Positions 62,598 to 64,000 of a DNA stretch of 64,000 nt are shown in pieces. The notes under the pieces are model-generated. The model was given only the letters and a program-made list of their open reading frames with translations. It did not search any database and had not been told where the DNA came from. The translations under genes were made by a program, and so were the position numbers. Where the stretch lies: NCBI GenBank assembly GCA_030141605.1, contig JAQGDQ010002393.1:62001-126000 (forward strand), in the 5' to 3' direction. The first letter of the stretch is position 1; each line of letters opens with the position of its first letter. Origin of the DNA: Tubiluchus corallicola. Its lineage: Eukaryota; Animalia; Priapulida.

Positions 62598-63122
62598 ATG
62601 GATTATCTAAGAAAATTTATTAGAGAAATACCTGATTTTCCTCACGAAGGTGTACTATTTCGCGACTTTACACCTATGTTGCAAAATGCAGAAGCCTTTA
62701 ACAAGGTGATTGATAAACTGGCTGGAATTTATACTGAAAATGATATAGACTACATAGTAGGTTTAGATGCTAGAGGGTTTATTATAGGATCTGCTTTAGC
62801 ATATAAGATGAAACGTGGATTTGTGCCTGTGAGAAAGTTAGGTAAGTTACCTGCTGATAAAATTTCTTGTGAATACGACTTAGAATATGGTAAGGCTTGT
62901 GTGGAGCTGCACAAAGATGCAGTGAGGCCTAATGATAAAGTATTAGTAGTAGATGATGTGATTGCTACGGGAGGCACAGCAGTAGCTTCCATAAAATTAC
63001 TACAACAATTGCAAGCCAACATTATTGAGTTTGCAGCTATTATCAATCTAAAATTCTTAAAAGGAGATAAAAACATAAAAAATACAGGGGTGCCTGTAAT
63101 GTCTTTGTTCAATTTTGAATAA
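62598..63122 (+). CDS. apt: adenine phosphoribosyltransferase
   Basis: PDFPHEG..FRD, ARGF, RKLGKLP, YDLEYG, VDDVIATGGT. Confidence 0.95.
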   Translation: MDYLRKFIREIPDFPHEGVLFRDFTPMLQNAEAFNKVIDKLAGIYTENDIDYIVGLDARGFIIGSALAYKMKRGFVPVRKLGKLPADKISCEYDLEYGKACVELHKDAVRPNDKVLVVDDVIATGGTAVASIKLLQQLQANIIEFAAIINLKFLKGDKNIKNTGVPVMSLFNFE

Positions 63123-63145
63123 TTTTATATGTGTTGGGGGCAAAC

Positions 63146-64000
63146 CTAGCTCTTGACACCTTCAATCTTTTCTACTTTTCTCTCTGAAAATAGGACAAAA
63201 AAGATAGCTATTCCTAAAAATATTATAGACACAACATAGATAGAAGTAAAACCTAAGTTATTAAGTATACCAATACCTATAAGAGGTGCAAAAACTCCTC
63301 TCATACCTGTAAGTGATAGATGGATGGACTGATAGTCGTCCGCCTCATGAGGTTGCGAGAAATAAGAAGAACCAATGTTCCAAGCCAATATCATTGTAGA
63401 AGTAAATACAGCGTGAAAGAGAAAAGCAATGATAAGCATTGGAAAGACACTTACTCTGGAAATAACAAAATGATAGGGGAAATACTCTGTAAGAGCCGTG
63501 AATAGAAAGAATAAAAGCAATGAAGCAAAGGTAAAGGCTTGGAAACGTCGAGGGTCTAATTTATCCAACAACTTACCGCAATAGGGTATTAAAAAAATGG
63601 CCATTACATTAGGCATATTCTTATAGAAAGCCAAAGTAGTATAATTGAAGTTTAATACATCTTCGAAAAACCTACTAAGATAAGGGTAAGAAATCATCCA
63701 TCCTATCCCGTAAATAATAAAGCCTATCTCATAATCACGAAAGGCTTTATTTTGCCTTATAATCTTAGTTACTCTTTGTATAGTTAGTCCTATGGACTTA
63801 CGAAAACTTACCTTTGCCAATATCTCCGAAGGGGTATAATCTATGGTGGTAAGTATGTACATAGCAACAATGGATAGCACCGACATAATAGGATAGATAT
63901 ACCTAAATGCTCCGAAGTGAATATCAAAAACAATACCAATACCGAAAGAAGCAATAAGAATTATTAGTTTATTAACAGTGGTAGCGTAGCTATACAATTT
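63146..64000 (-). CDS. MFS transporter, C-terminal part (5' end beyond window)
   Basis: Multiple TM helices, G.LLDK..PR MFS-like motif, H..LTG.RG..AP; reading frame open to the window edge. Confidence 0.75.
   Translation of the reverse strand, partial: KLYSYATTVNKLIILIASFGIGIVFDIHFGAFRYIYPIMSVLSIVAMYILTTIDYTPSEILAKVSFRKSIGLTIQRVTKIIRQNKAFRDYEIGFIIYGIGWMISYPYLSRFFEDVLNFNYTTLAFYKNMPNVMAIFLIPYCGKLLDKLDPRRFQAFTFASLLLFFLFTALTEYFPYHFVISRVSVFPMLIIAFLFHAVFTSTMILAWNIGSSYFSQPHEADDYQSIHLSLTGMRGVFAPLIGIGILNNLGFTSIYVVSIIFLGIAIFFVLFSERKVEKIEGVKS

Overview
AT-rich chromosomal window from a Bacteroidota bacterium, supported by a SusC/SusD pair, a T9SS C-terminal domain, GldB, a MurF-Alr fusion and several TTTG-N19-20-TAnnTTTG promoters. 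Left part (1-26.5 kb): the tail of an AraC-type regulator, a GH53 galactanase, and an alpha-glucan/starch PUL (susC, susD, susE, three GH13, GH31, MFS, beta-PGM, GH65). The PUL has a perfect LacI-type operator and a distal LacI gene, separated from it by a BlaI / split M56 / TonB-dependent barrel cassette. Right part: mostly housekeeping genes (argC, thrABC, gyrB, nadABC, rho, sigma70, rpe, murF-alr, map, queE, apt), a Cus-type metal efflux system and GT2 genes. Best second-look signals: (i) a full-length ThrA whose aspartokinase catalytic motifs are all substituted while the dehydrogenase is intact; (ii) a BlaR1-like M56 gene broken by two -1 frameshifts and carrying an unrecognised ~17-aa-repeat sensor domain; (iii) unannotated relics, namely a DNA methyltransferase fragment inside the thr operon, an XRE repressor pseudogene with an operator array, and a decayed REP/MITE-like element. 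No CRISPR array, rRNA, tRNA or intact transposase was seen. All calls come from reading motifs by eye; no database searches were run.
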